A stretch of DNA of 64,000 bases from Daphnia carinata (lineage: Eukaryota): the NCBI RefSeq assembly GCF_022539665.2, contig NC_081331.1, positions 7,440,001 through 7,504,000 on the forward strand. Direction: 5' to 3'. Under the pieces are notes generated by a model. It did no database searches, was not told the DNA's origin, and saw only the letters and a program-made list of their open reading frames with translations. The translations under genes and the position numbers were made by a program. This document shows positions 26,266 to 38,950 of this stretch, in pieces (position 1 is the stretch's first letter; every line of letters starts with the position of its first letter).

Positions 26266-27340
26266 TCAGATGCAGTGGTATAGCCTTATGATGAAGTTCC
26301 GGAGAAAGTCCCGGATTCAAATTTCGCAGTTCCAAGTTCACATAATAAAAACAAATAAATAACCAGAAAAATTTTAAAAACAGCATTCACTACAAATAGC
26401 GAATATTCTTTAAAAATTGTTTCTGAAATGTCGTTAACGGTAGTTTTCAGCAATAATTACTCAACTACTTTAATAAGTAGCAATTGTCATGGGTTGATAG
26501 GTAGAACTTGCGATTCCGTAGTCCGTTTACGTGGATTCACATCCACGAAAGAATGTTTAGCTAACTTTTATGTTTGATTTCTTTATTTTTTGGATCAGAA
26601 TGTGTCGATAAAATCAAATTCATGCCTTACTCAGTTTTGTGTGATGAATTTAACCGTATTGGCACAATAGTAGAAAAGCTGATATTTACCTAAAACTCCA
26701 GGGTTCCATTCCCAAATGCCGTGTCGTTTTTGTATGAATGTATCGATAACGTTAAATTTATGGCTTTGAAGAGTTTTCTTACACAACTTCAACGGTAATG
26801 GCACAGATTGTGAGATTATTTGATTTTAAACTCATTGACTTATACCTGTATAGTTTTGTGTGGGAGTAATTTTCAGGCGTTTAACACTAGTTTCTTGATT
26901 GTAACCGAGAAAGGACACTAAGATGTCTGCTTGTACAAAGGAGAAAGTTTGAACAATCGGCCACCAAGAGGCTCTGATTCACCGCAGGTCTTCTGACGGA
27001 CCTTCCAAATATAGTGGTGCCCCTGCCAGTTTCCGTTTGGGAATCCGCATCACGTAATGGCATAGCGGCAAAGAAAAGGGATGTGAACTAAAAGCGCAGG
27101 GTTCGATTTTTGGTTTCTATTCCTGATTTGAAACTTCATTTGAACAATTAAAAAATGTTAAATGCACACGGTGACAACTGATGATTTTAAAATATATGTT
27201 TTTGTTGTTATTTGTATCTAGTCGTATCAAAATATTCAAATTCGTTTACTTCTAAGATTTTACACAAACTTTAAGAACAGGTGGCATAATGGTATGGTAT
27301 GCGACTGATAACATTTCTATCGAAGTTAAAATCACCAAAA
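26266..27340 (+). other. Array of degenerate tRNA-like (A-box/B-box) units
   Basis: A-box-like/B-box-like pairs ~42-46 nt apart at 26268/26313, 26490/26533, 26660/26702, 27058/27100, 27282/27324. Further units at 21906/21949, 22084/22126, 25121/25163, and a lone A-box at 25800. None folds into a complete cloverleaf by eye. Confidence 0.55.
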
Positions 27341-28182
27341 CGTCAATTATAGTGAATACAGTTTGTAAAACTTTAATTATCAATATACTTTTTATTTGTC
27401 ATAAAATATTGTTTAGAAAGAAGATTATGAGAAATCAGCAACTAGTAAATAAAATCCAATGCTAGAAAAACTGCAACGCAAGCATTATATAGACAAATGC
27501 AGTGATTGAAAAACAATATGTAATACGACTAAGTTTTGTTCATGAAGATATTCTTGTATTTGAAAGACTTTTACACAAAAATATGCGTTTTTTTTAGCAA
27601 AGGCAAAACATTAACACATTTCGGGGGAGCCGGCTACTTTTGTCTCCCACTGGATCCCCAGATGCAGAAAATAGTTGTTCTGATGGAACTGAAATAGCTG
27701 GAATACAACTGTATTCACTACACCAGGTAGCATTGGAATCAACTTTACATCATTCTTTTTCGCGCTCCAGCTTTCGAGAGGGTCTTTTGGCCGTTGAACA
27801 AGTTGCAGTTGGTTTTATTCGTTGATGACGGTAACGTAATGGGCTGCTGCGTTTTGACCTTGGCCTCTTCGTTAAGGTTTAACTGGGAATACGGTTATCA
27901 AGAAGGCAACGGATGTCCTTACTCGATAGACTCGAGGAGAACTATCTGACGGAATCGTAAACATCATCACCATCCGAGTTTGCTTCTGTTCACCATCCAC
28001 CTGCTTTTCAATTGCAGGACAACTCTTTTTTCAGCAAAATCAGCCCCGTGTTGATTTGTTCGGGATAAGATACTTCTTACTGAAGCTGAAAATTTAAGAA
28101 TTGATTAAAACTTATAACTAAACTGTATTATTAAATTTGGTTATTTCTAGAAACGAGATAGCTGGATAATATATGTGATGAA
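27190..28182 (-). mobile_element. hAT copy 2, 3' part (C-terminal transposase remnant and downstream region)
   Basis: Colinear homology to copy 1 (27200-27312 vs 22003-22114; 27580-28180 vs 22355-22955), including CIPAISVPSEQLFSASG. Interrupted by the pogo insertion. Confidence 0.85.
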
Positions 28183-28729
28183 TAGGGGAGACCGGGGCTA
28201 ATTGGGACGCGTTTCTTTTTCGTTGAATAACTAATGACTAATGATAGATAAAAATAAATTTTCTTTTCCATTAAAACCGCGCTTTCTTAATTTATACCCC
28301 GAATTTTTTTAAGGTAAATATTTTAAGTTTTAGTGGTTAAATAAATATAACGAAATTTGCTTAAAATTATTTGACTCACTCGATCACCGGGGTAACTTGG
28401 GACGGACCTTGGGTAACTTAGGACAGAGCCAATATCGTGTTACTGGTTGGTCCTAAAATTTTAGAAAAAATGTTTTCAATTACGTTGTCTTATTACAAAC
28501 CAGCCAGTATATAGTTTGGCATGGTTTGCTAAACCGATGGGTGAGAATGTTTTTAAGTTGTTGTAGACTAAAAAATTACCAAGATGATACGACAAAAAGT
28601 GAGGTCAGTGTTATAAAAACATTTCAATACCAAAATAGAAATGATAAAAATTCCTAATATACGATCACAGCTGAGTTGTAATATGTTTAATACAAAATTA
28701 ACAGTAACAATAATTAAATTTACATAAGT

Positions 28730-30500
28730 CCGGCGACCGGAACGTGTTGTTGTTGGCGCGGGGGCGATATAGGGGATCAGAGTCAATGTTAAAATCCTCT
28801 TCTTCTTTACGCAAGTTGTTTTCATCGTTGACTAGTGGCTGCCTAAGTTTTTCACCCAATTGACGAGCGAGAGGCTTGCGGGTTTTTCTGTTTGCAGCCT
28901 CTTCGATCGCATTTTTCTCCGGCGTGGCGGTAAGTATTCTCGTCCGGCCTTGTGTCCTCTTCCTTCCACGCACACTGGAGATTGGGCTAACCCTAGGAAA
29001 CGGTTGCACATTTACCGGGAGCACAATCTGACTAGGAACACCATGAGATCCGGCCCGAGCGGGCGTTGACAGAACTTGTAAGACGGTCCGATCGTTTGCT
29101 AGCGCTTCTTCTGGAGAATGCGAAACTGATAAATCGGTTTCAGGCGCCGCAGGAGGAGACAACGGATCAGACGGATAGGTCGACAGCGACTCTATAATTT
29201 AAAAAAATGTCATTTGCCAAATATATAAATCAAAATAACTTAAAATTTAATTTTACCAATTGGACGATCAGTGGCAAATGGCGGCATATAGAACGAAGCA
29301 GGGAAAATGTCTCTATTGAAAGGAGAAATGCCGCTGTTTTTAAATCCTGATATGATGTTCTCCGGAGTGAATGACAATAAATAAGGATCCCTAGTCAACT
29401 CCACAACTTCGTGAATGCTGATTCTCTTGTTGGGATTAAGATTCAGCCAATCTTGAAACCTGTTTCTTAAAGCAGATTGAAATGGCCCGAAAACGGCGAT
29501 GTCCAATGGCGGTAGCCGATGAGAGCAGTGAGGCAGAAACGTCAACATATGAATTCCGCTTTCCTTTGCGAAAAATATAACTTTGTAGTCCATGTGGCTG
29601 CTGTGGTTGCCAAGTAAAAGAAGAATCGGATTGTCAATGGAAGAGTCAACAAACTTCTTGAAGTGCTGAAGTGCCATCAAAAAAGTGTCGGCGTTGATCC
29701 AACTACTAGGATGGGCAATACCAAGACAACCAGGTGGTCCATGGGAAGATATTGACGAAAGGAAGTTTTTACGGGGGAACATGTAGACGGGTGGGCAATG
29801 AGTTCCGGCATCGGAGATAAAGCCGACCATAGTTGTGTTTACTCCGCGTTCAGCCGAAACCGTTTGTTGAACCTGCTTCAATCCCTTGGTAGCGACGACA
29901 TTCGGAGGTGGTAAGACGGTAGGGACGCCCGTCTCGTCTGTGTTCCAGATCCTTCCGGGTGGTATGCGATATTTTGTCACGACTTCCATTAAATTATCGA
30001 AAAACTTGGCTACAACGGGTGCGTTAAATGCACTGGCACGTGCCTGACTTGTCGCCTCTGGTGCGCGGATAGACAAAGACGGGTTCCGTTTTAAAAAATA
30101 CGTAAACCAATCTTCGGATGCCTTTTCCTTCTCTATCCAATTTTCTGGCACGGTTAAACCATTAGCGACGGCTTATTTAGGCTAAGCACCGGGATTCTCT
30201 TTGAGTTAGATTGTGGCTCATCAAATAGCAAGTCTTCAACTAATTTGCCAATTCCGTCTCGAGCCCAATCGGAATAATTTGACGAGCTTGTTCCAGTCGC
30301 ATAACAGGCTGCGTTGAAAGCGGAGGACCACTTTCTCGAAATTTTTTCACATACCTGCCCAAAGTGGACTACTTAACATTGAAAAAGGAACTACCATACT
30401 GGATCGAATGTCCTCCCGCTAATACAGAAGTTACAGCGTGATGCATTATCTCTTCTTTTGGCGGAGAATCTGACCGCTTTCGCTTATAATTGCGAACCAT
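28730..30500 (-). pseudogene. pogo/DDE_1 transposase (HTH-psq + CENP-B-like HTH + DDE_1), disrupted
   Basis: MVRNYKRKR start at 30500; [66 protein letters not shown]. The N-terminal part is frameshifted and the second catalytic D is replaced by G. Confidence 0.88.
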
Positions 30501-31018
30501 CTAGATTAAAGAAACCAAATAGAGCTGCGATCATAAATAATACAACGCAACAACAATAACAGACGAAAATTAATAATTCTCACTGGTTGCACGTATGATA
30601 GCTTACCGTTTTCCAGATACGAAACAGAATAGAGATGGTGTCAAGTGGACCGAAGACAAATGACTTATGACGACCACGGTGTAATAGTTTCTATATATAC
30701 CAAGCCATCAGATTCTTTTTTTCGTTGAAATTACGTAGCCATTTTGCTTGTTTACAGTTAACGAGAGAAATGATGCATACCGCCGCGCAAGATGTGAGCT
30801 TGCTATCCGCTCTGCTTTACCCCGTCCCATCTTACCCCAGAATATCTTGTCCCAACCAGCCCCATGAATGGTGTCTTTGAAAACCCGCGATTTTCAGAAA
30901 ACCGCTTCGGAAATTTTTTTTTTAAACTGAAGAAATGTTTGATAATGAATAGAGTATTTCACTATATTTTTTGTTAAATTATAGATCAAATGACGTAGCC
31001 GTAAATAACAATATTATG

Positions 31019-34000
31019 GTTGCCACCCGTTTCGGCACATTTTTCGGCACTTTGAATTTTGGTGTTTTCGGCACCAATTTTTTCCGTTTCGGCACTGCGA
31101 TTGTCTTTTTCGGCACCGCCACCAGAGGTGGTCCTAAGTATTGGTATTACAATGTATGTTTTCTTAGCCACTTTTGTCCGTTTCGGCACTATTTTTGTCT
31201 GTTTCGGCACCGCCCCCAAAATTCGTAAACAATAAATTCCACTAGGTGTCGTGTTATAATATACTGTGAAATTTTGCTCACTTTGTTCTTAGACGCTTTG
31301 TTAGCAAGTTTATTAAAGTTTATTTGAAGTTTATTAAGTATATCATGGAAAGACCCACTAGATCGAGGAAACAGCCCAGCCGGTTGGCAGATTATGAGGT
31401 TAGTGATTCTGGGTGGGTTGTGCGAGGCAGAGGTAGACGTGGTGGACGTGGGCTGGCTGTTCCTAATCAACCGATTCGGCCAAATGTATTGACAATCCAA
31501 GGTCAAACAGGTAATAGAATTTTGTTACATTGTTGATTCGTTTTGTTAAAATCAAATTTGGCTTAGGTCCATTAACTTTAAATGAACTGACACCAGAGGA
31601 AGCCACTCAATACCTGGAAGCCGCTCAACGACATTCATCAAGGGGATCTATCCCTGTAATGGTTGAAGAACCTAATATCATACCTACACCGGATGATGAA
31701 AGTGAAGATGGAAATGAAGAAGAGAATGAAAGAAATAGCGTGGAGAGTGAAAGAGAAATCGAAGAAGAGAGTGAGCAAAGTGATATAAGAGGAAGTGAAG
31801 AAGAGAATGAAGGAAATAGCGAGAAGAGTGAAAGAGAGAGTGAAGAAGAGAGTGAGCAAAGAACCCCAACCACACGAAGTCGTCGGCGTTGTCGTCGCGC
31901 GATAGGAACGCCTTCTCCAGGACGTCGTTGGGAGGAACGTCGTCGAGCCCATAATCATTCAGCCGAGAGGCAATCTTTGTCAAGGAGTCAAAGCGAAGAA
32001 TCAAACGCCGATATTACCAAGAGTGATCTATCATTAGGCGAAGAAACACTCGCTCCTGTGACTGAGGGGTCTTCTCAGCAACGTAAACGTCAGCGGGCTA
32101 CACACATGCGCTGGAAACTAGTATTTAAAGCAGAAAAGAAGTAAGAAATAATTGTTCTTTTACGTTTTTTTTCTAACGTGCCATTTTTAAATCTAGGTTA
32201 GGTAATATCCTTGTTGACCGCAAACATGGATACAAGTTTGGTGTCTGGAAGGTGCTGAGTAATGGTATTCTTTATCGGTGTAATCATCGACCACAGCAGA
32301 ATCCTTGCAAATGCACAGTTTTGCAATCAGGTACATACATCGTCTTTTTAAAGATTTCTTGTATTATTTAATGCTTATTCTGATTTCAGGCAATGCAATC
32401 ATCCAGCGAGGAGTGCACATTACTTCCTGTCCAAAACAAGAAAATATATATGAGTCGCTAATCATTTACAGGGACGCTAAGCGTGAAGGATTGAAAAAAA
32501 AGGGGAAATCTGCTAAGGCCATTACCGACCCCATCATCGCTAAGCACTTTGCATCAAATAGGAGAATGAAACTTGTGAATAGAACACAAGTCTGTAAATC
32601 AGTCAACATGGCTAGGTATTTTTACACATTTCTTGCCTAAGTATTTATTAAAAAAATTCCAAACTTTGTTTAGAGCGAAGACTCGTCCAAAAAATCCAAA
32701 AATACTGGATTTTTCATTTGAGGACGATGGAATTCCGGATGGGCTAAACCTTCATGACCTAGTAACCGCTAAGCGCAGACACATAGTCTGTTTCACTAAC
32801 AAACAGGCGCGGCTATTAAAAAATGCTAAAAGATGGTACATGGATGGAACATTTAGCATCATCAAAAAACCATTTATGCAGATGTGGACGATACACGCTT
32901 TCATTCGATATGGAAACGAAAAGAAAATGGTTCCATTATATTTTGTCCTCATGTCTACTAGGACTCAAAAGGAAGTAAAATTTTGAAATATATTAATGAA
33001 TATTATAGGTTTAATAAGAGCATATCGTACAGACATGCGAATTCGTGGGATTTGCAAGTGGGTGTGAATATTTCTATATTTATTGTGGAACTTAACAGAT
33101 GTATTTACTAACTATTGCAGGAAAATGATGTCTCTCCATCTCCTCCCACATGGAAAAATCCCTACTGCCTTTGCAAATTTAAGATCAGCTGTCTGGGAAA
33201 TTGAAAACAGGGAGAACCGAACTATGATGCGAAAACTGTACAACTACATGGAAAATAACTGGATCGACAGCTTGCTTTGGCCTCCTAAAGTTTGGTCGGT
33301 CTTCATGCAAGAGGTATTAAAAGAAAAATATAATTTAAAACATTCAAATGATTACATTCACTCTAACATGCTTTAGGTGAGAACCACTAATGACGTTGAC
33401 GGCTGGCACACGCATCTAGCAACACGCTGGACTTAGCATTAGCAGTAAAGGCCTCAACCTGTATATTCTCCTCGGAGTTCTCTACGAGGAGGCTATACAG
33501 GTTGATATATACACAGAGATGCTTGAACAGGGTCAACAACTGAGAAGACAGCGAAAAACTTTCAAAGAATTAAATTTAAAACTGTTTGGTTTGTGGAACG
33601 ACTATTCCAAACAAAAGATAACGACCGCAGAACTTTTAGAACAATGTGCAGATATTTACACAAAGTTCAACGCAATTAAATATGCAAAAACGGCGTACGA
33701 TGCTCGTCTCTTTGAGTTAGAGACAGAATAGAAATTTGAAGAAATATCAGCAAACACCACGCGAATAAAAAAAGAAAAAAAAATCAAGAGCTCCGCTCTG
33801 TTACTACGCGATCACGCGACTGACAATTTCAAGACAGACAGCATAAGCATAAGTCGAGTGGTGGTGGTGGCGCTGACTTCCAGAACCCATACAGCTAGCG
33901 CCACTAGTGGCCTGAACAAAGTGTAAAGTCGACAGGCCTGTAAAGTACCGAAAATTTTCAGGCCACTGGCCTGAATGTCTGGCATCCCTATATGACTTGC

Positions 34001-34190
34001 AACATAATTTTTTTTGTGCCGAAACGGACACAGTTGGTGCCGAAAGAGACACAATTGGTGCCGAAACGGAGAATATTAGTGCCGAAACGGAAAGATTTTT
34101 TAATAAACGAGGAGATTTTAAATACAAGGGGGGACCAAGCGTTTTATATGGGTGCCGAAAACGCAAAAATCGAAATTGCCGAAAACAGAA
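31019..34190 (+). mobile_element. Mutator-like (MULE) element nested inside the pogo element
   Basis: Clusters of TTTCGGCAC (31029-31210) and inverted GTGCCGAAA (34016-34185) bracket a transposase. Exact ends and TSD were not resolved. Confidence 0.75.
31345..33731 (+). pseudogene. MULE transposase (multi-exon, internally deleted)
   Basis: Acidic N-terminus; FLYWCH/WRKY-like segment (YRCNHR...CKC); KRWYMDGTFSIIKKPFMQMWTIHA...VPLYFVLM; LYNYMENNWI; RTTNDVDGWH. The central DDE segment appears missing. Confidence 0.85.
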
Positions 34191-34235
34191 CTTGTCCCAA
34201 CTAACCCGTGTCCCGGTTAGCCCCCGTCTTCTCTA

Positions 34236-34600
34236 CTAATAGAAATCAACAAAGCGTTATTTCATATTTAAGTGAAAGTGAACTTAGTGAAGTACATATC
34301 ACCATAGAAATATCACTGTACTGGCAATTGTTGGTTTCGATTAGTTGCTCTTGCAGAAGTCTGATAGTCGGAAGAATTTCGTAGATGGATGGATAATGCT
34401 TGGAGCTTAAATCCTGAGTAAGAATATGGAATGGTTTAAGGAGAGCTTCTGCACCAACAAAAGTCGGCCATTCCCAATTCGAAAGTAATGAGAGCCCATT
34501 TTCAATCACTTTCGAAGTGTCCTTACCGATTGGTGCAGTTCTATGGACAAATAAAAAGAAAAATATGTTTACCTCAAAATATACACAAACAAATAATTGG
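34236..34600 (-). mobile_element. hAT copy 2, continuation after the pogo insertion
   Basis: Resumes colinear homology with 22958-23310 of copy 1 (LLKPFHILTQDLSSKHYPSI). Confidence 0.85.
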
Positions 34601-34893
34601 CTAATAAATGGATGAGAAATGTGGATTCAACTCAACTGGAGTGTTTATTTCTGAAATTCCAGCATATTGGGGTTGAAACTTGATGGATCATAAAAAAGAA
34701 TGTGAAATGTAATTAGAAGGCAGTTACAAGCAAAAGGCATATGGTGACTTACTGGATTTCTTTGAAAGCAAAAATGACAAAGCCACCATTTTCCTCTATA
34801 GTCAATTGACATAAAGGATTTAGAATTGCTTTACAGTTTCCACGACTGCAAATAACGCAATTTGTTCAGCCTATATCGGATGAAAGATTGCGT

Positions 34894-36238
34894 CTACACT
34901 GATTTGTGTTAATATAGATTACAAATAAGCCTTAAAAATTTCTTGCCATGAGAAACAAAAAAGCGCCATTTGGCAACATTTTAACCAGGTTAAAGTGGAT
35001 GGGTCATGGTGTGCATCCTTTGTAAAACCATCACCCCTACCTAGCGAATACCACCAATCTGTGGCTTCTTCTCGATAGGGGTGACGCAAAACATAAAAAG
35101 GAGTAGGCTACATTGAAACCCCAGAAGCAGCTCCCACAAAAGAGTATGAGGGCTTCATCTTGTAGTCCCACGCGACTGCTCGATGAAGAAAGCAACCTAG
35201 AAGAGGACATTACTGGCCACGTTAGTGGAAATAAACAACAAGAAAACATTGGCACCACATCCGACAACGGTAATTTTTATATTTAATTTTAGCTCAGCAA
35301 TCCCATTATAAATGTTATTTCATTAATTTGCATTGACGGTGCCTTGTTTTTTGCCATTAAAAATCTAATACATGCATTTTGTAACATTTTAATTATCATA
35401 ACTGTTATTTTAAAGAAGGAGGAATTAAAAGTCGGGCTTCATCCCAGAGCGGGAATTCGCCTCCTACGCTTAATGGATCGGAAGCGTCAATTTCGACCAG
35501 TGGAATGATTAAAACCTTTTAAAATATCCAGATATCGTGATATTAATGAAACTTATTCATAGGTGCTAGGGTAGAGCCAGGCTTTCCACCCTATCAAAAG
35601 GATGGTGCCCAGATAAAGGCGATTCTTCGGGCACTGATGACATTTCTCGCTCGAGGAATGCACCCTCTCAAGATAATGGAAGATGAGCACTTTCATGCAT
35701 TCAGCAAAGTCATCGATCCTAGAATCGCCTTGTCTTGCCCAAACACCTTGACGCATACACTTCTACTTGAAATGTATGCAGAGGCTAAGGCAAAACTGGT
35801 GTGTGACCTCTCAAGCGCAAAATTGTTTCTTGTGTCATTTTTACGTTGGTGCCGGAAGAGAGTCGCACAACGGAGGACCTTTCGCAGCATCTAAAATCCA
35901 TAACGGTATATTGGAGAATTCCGGCTGAAAAAAATTCTGGCATTGTCAATGGCAGCACAGCCAACACCAAGAGAGCTGTGGTTAGAATTTTGCGGTAGAA
36001 ACGTATTCCATGCTTCGTCATACTTTAAGTATTGCTGATTTTGATGCATTTGAAAATGAAGTTGAATTTTCTTGTATAAATATTCAATTCCACTAAAGAT
36101 ACAAGGGAATACCTCTGCTAATTAGGTATTGTACGATTACATAGTTGCCTATACATTTCCAAACAGTTCTTTATTATATTCTACAATTTAGCTCTTAGCC
36201 TACCAATTATTTGTTTGTGTATACTTTGAAGTAAACAT
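34894..36238 (+). pseudogene. 5' half of hAT transposase in opposite orientation (inverted part of copy 2 or third copy)
   Basis: ATG at 34948 followed by a BED-finger remnant, FLARGMHPLKIMEDEHFHAF and IPCF. It is homologous to the reverse complement of 24870-23280 of copy 1. Confidence 0.82.
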
Positions 36239-36246
36239 TCTCCACG

Positions 36247-36904
36247 GCATAAGTGCTATTTCTCCTTCGAGATAGTCCTATTCCTTTTACTTTGTTCCAA
36301 TAGGACCGATTAGCCTCCATTACGGTGGGTAATATATTGCGTAAGAGCTTCGGCTTACATCCATTTTCCTTTTTAGAAAACCGATGGTGTTAACTCATTA
36401 GTTAAATAGTTCACAAAACTTTTTTATCGTATTTTAATTTAAATTGCAGGAGAACGTGAACTATATTGTATTTAATAGAGTTCATTTAACAAAATACTAT
36501 TAGACATAGCCTACTACAGAAATATTTACTACTTATATTGCACTTTATGTGGTCATAACCAACTTTTCCAATTGCAATAATGTCTTACTATTTTATACAA
36601 CTATCGTTACATTATATACAGCTCTTACATATTCAGATTTTGCTCTAATAGTGTTTTATTAAATGAACTCTATTAGATTCAACATAATATATGATCCCCA
36701 GCAATTAAAATTAAAATAGGATAAGAAATAAATGTTTCGTGAACCATTTAACTAATGAGGTAACACCATTGGTCTTTCGAAAGGAAAAAGGATATAAGCC
36801 AACGCTATTACGCAAAATATCGCCTGCCGGATTGAACGCTCATCGCTCCTATTGGAACAAGTAAAAGGAATAGGACTATCTCGAAGGAGAAATAGGACTA
36901 ATGC
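36247..36904. mobile_element. Foldback/MITE-like element with ~255-bp imperfect inverted arms
   Basis: 36247-~36503 pairs with ~36645-36904. The outer ~55 bp (CTATTTCTCCTTCGAGATAGTCCTATTCCTTTTACTT) are nearly perfect; the inner arms are more diverged. Confidence 0.8.
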
Positions 36905-38079
36905 TGGTTGACAAAAATTATAATTACAATTACGTGAATTTAAAGTACTTGCAATTAATCTATTATTTACTTATTAGACATAGCCTTTGATTACACATTT
37001 AATAATATTATATATGGATTATTAGATACTTTTTAAGAATCTACTTCGTAGAAAGGATAGCCTATAAGATTTCATTTAACCTTCATATTTAAATTTAAAT
37101 TCAACAAGCTAACAAAAATGAAATAAATTTTAGTGAAAAGGAGAATAAAGCTTTCGAGTTGCGTAAAATTTAATAAAAATAATATATACGGAAATGTCTG
37201 AAAATTTAATAGAAGGAAAATTAATGGAGTCCATTTTTTTCTGGCGCGGGAGTCCACTTGTCGTACAGTGTACCGCTGGTTGGGCTCAGTAACATTTGTT
37301 TGTTGCGCCCAAACGTCGGGAAAAAATTAGTCCAAACGTCGATAGGCAGATATCTTATCGTCGTGTATCACATGTCCAAGTGTAGAAAACCTGCAACCAA
37401 AAGTCGGAAACCCTGGAGTCCTTTTGGTAACTCGTCCAAAAGAGTATATGCTGCGTTTTGGCCGATTGGGTTTCTGTGCGGTTTTTTGGGGGGGGGGTTT
37501 CGGGGCTCATTTTTCCTGCCTACGGACATTTCGATAATCGGTTCCCGGTTACATCCCAGGATTGCATCGCTTTCTGACCTGAATTGCCCGGTTTGTATCC
37601 CGATTTTTACCCAGCAATTTGATTATGTTTGAAATATTGTGTAAGGCGCTATTAACAAAACATGCAACGCCATAGAAGGTTGAACCGTTTATGGCAGTTT
37701 GTTACGGGGGAGGGGGTCACCCGTTTACGATACATTTGGCTATATAGTCACCCCGAGATGACGTAGGGTACGCATACTGTGTTTCTCTTTATTTCGTTTG
37801 CTTTACATGTTTTCCATTCGACATGAAAAAAATTCCAATGACTCATTTCTAAATCTATTGTTTACTTAATAATCCCTCTTTTGCGACTTCAAAGTAATAT
37901 TGGTGGATACTGTTGAGTATCTAGAAATGAACAACATATCAACCCTTTTCCGGGCAGCGGCTTACATGCAACTTTAGCCGCTTAACGCCAAAATAAGCCC
38001 TTATGGCACAAAAATGAAATGTTAGTCGCGTCAGACAAGAAGGTAGGCCAATATCACACATAGAGAAGAAAATATACTC

Positions 38080-38795
38080 CTCTACCCAGTTGTAGCTTTA
38101 CATAATGGCAATGAGAAGGGACAACAGCCGTACACGTAACCAAAACATCAAATTGAACTTTTGGTTTCCAAATTCGTTTACTTCGACGGGGCAAGGGGTA
38201 CCGGCGGATTCTGCTACTGATGATCCGGGTATGAAATCACCATTATACAATAGCAATTTACGATGTCTCCAAAATCGTGGACTGAGCTCCTTCTGCCTCA
38301 TTCGCGTCGTTGGAGGTTGGTGGGGCTGGCTCGTCATTGGTAACCATCCGGTCGCAAATACCGGTGGTTCCGCTATAATACACTTCGACTGACAAAATTT
38401 GATCCGATAAGATGGATACCATGCCATCGTTGAGTGACCTGCCATACCGACAGGCGGTCAGTATAGACAAAAACATGCAGGCGTCCGGATTCTAAAAAGT
38501 CTGTCGTCATATCCCCAAACACACGTCCCGGAAGGTGCTCGCGGAGGAGAGGCTCCCTTTGTTGAGACGGGAGTCAATCCTGGCAGGCCTGGCAGCGCTC
38601 GACCATTGAGACTATGTCGTTGTTTAGGCCGGGCAATATATAGTCTGGCGAGCACATCGTTTCATTCTGGCAATTCCCTGATGGGCGGCGTGGAGTTGAC
38701 AAGAGTCCCGCGTGGGACATGTTGTGGTAAAATGTTGCGCTTTCCGCAAAGCACCAAGCCACCATCCATATAAAATTCGTTCCGTAGTATCCAAT
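38080..38795 (-). pseudogene. Gypsy/Ty3 integrase remnant (left of the DIRS insertion)
   Basis: HHCC zinc finger LHAAHQGIARMKRCARQTIY / PGLNNDIVSMVERCQACQ and the start of the core (LPGRVF...DF...VYTDRLS). Frameshifted. Confidence 0.85.
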
Positions 38796-38822
38796 ATTGT
38801 GCTGCGAAATGCCATTTCGTTA

Positions 38823-38931
38823 GACCCTAAGGGTGTAGACCCATTTATTTAGCTCTTTAAAGACAAAAAAACAAAGGAACATCTATTCCTTTCCTAATGC
38901 CTGGATACGCCCCCTCTCTTCAGACTTATTT
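38823..38931. repeat. DIRS left ITR
   Basis: Reverse complement of 43839-43947, with 2 mismatches in 109 bp by eye. Confidence 0.92.
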
Positions 38932-38950
38932 AAGCTCTTACAGAGTAAGG

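Larger units (their letters stand above)
28185..34233 (-). mobile_element. pogo-like (Tc1/mariner superfamily, DDE_1) DNA transposon inserted in hAT copy 2
   Basis: Imperfect ~27-bp TIRs GGGGAGACCGGGGCTAATTGGGACGCG / CGTGTCCCGGTTAGCCCCCGTCTTCTC, with TA on both sides (28183-4, 34234-5). Removing the element gives GATGAATACTAATAGAAATC, which aligns to GATGAGTTCTAATAGAAATC in copy 1. Confidence 0.9.

Noticed and set aside
21900..27340. Calling the A/B-box units functional tRNA genes
   Set aside because: No unit gives a complete acceptor/D/anticodon/T cloverleaf by eye, so they are reported only as tRNA-like promoter units.
31029..31210. TTTCGGCAC repeats as a CRISPR-like array
   Set aside because: Eukaryotic context, 9-bp unit with irregular spacing, and mirrored at 34016-34185 as MULE subterminal repeats.
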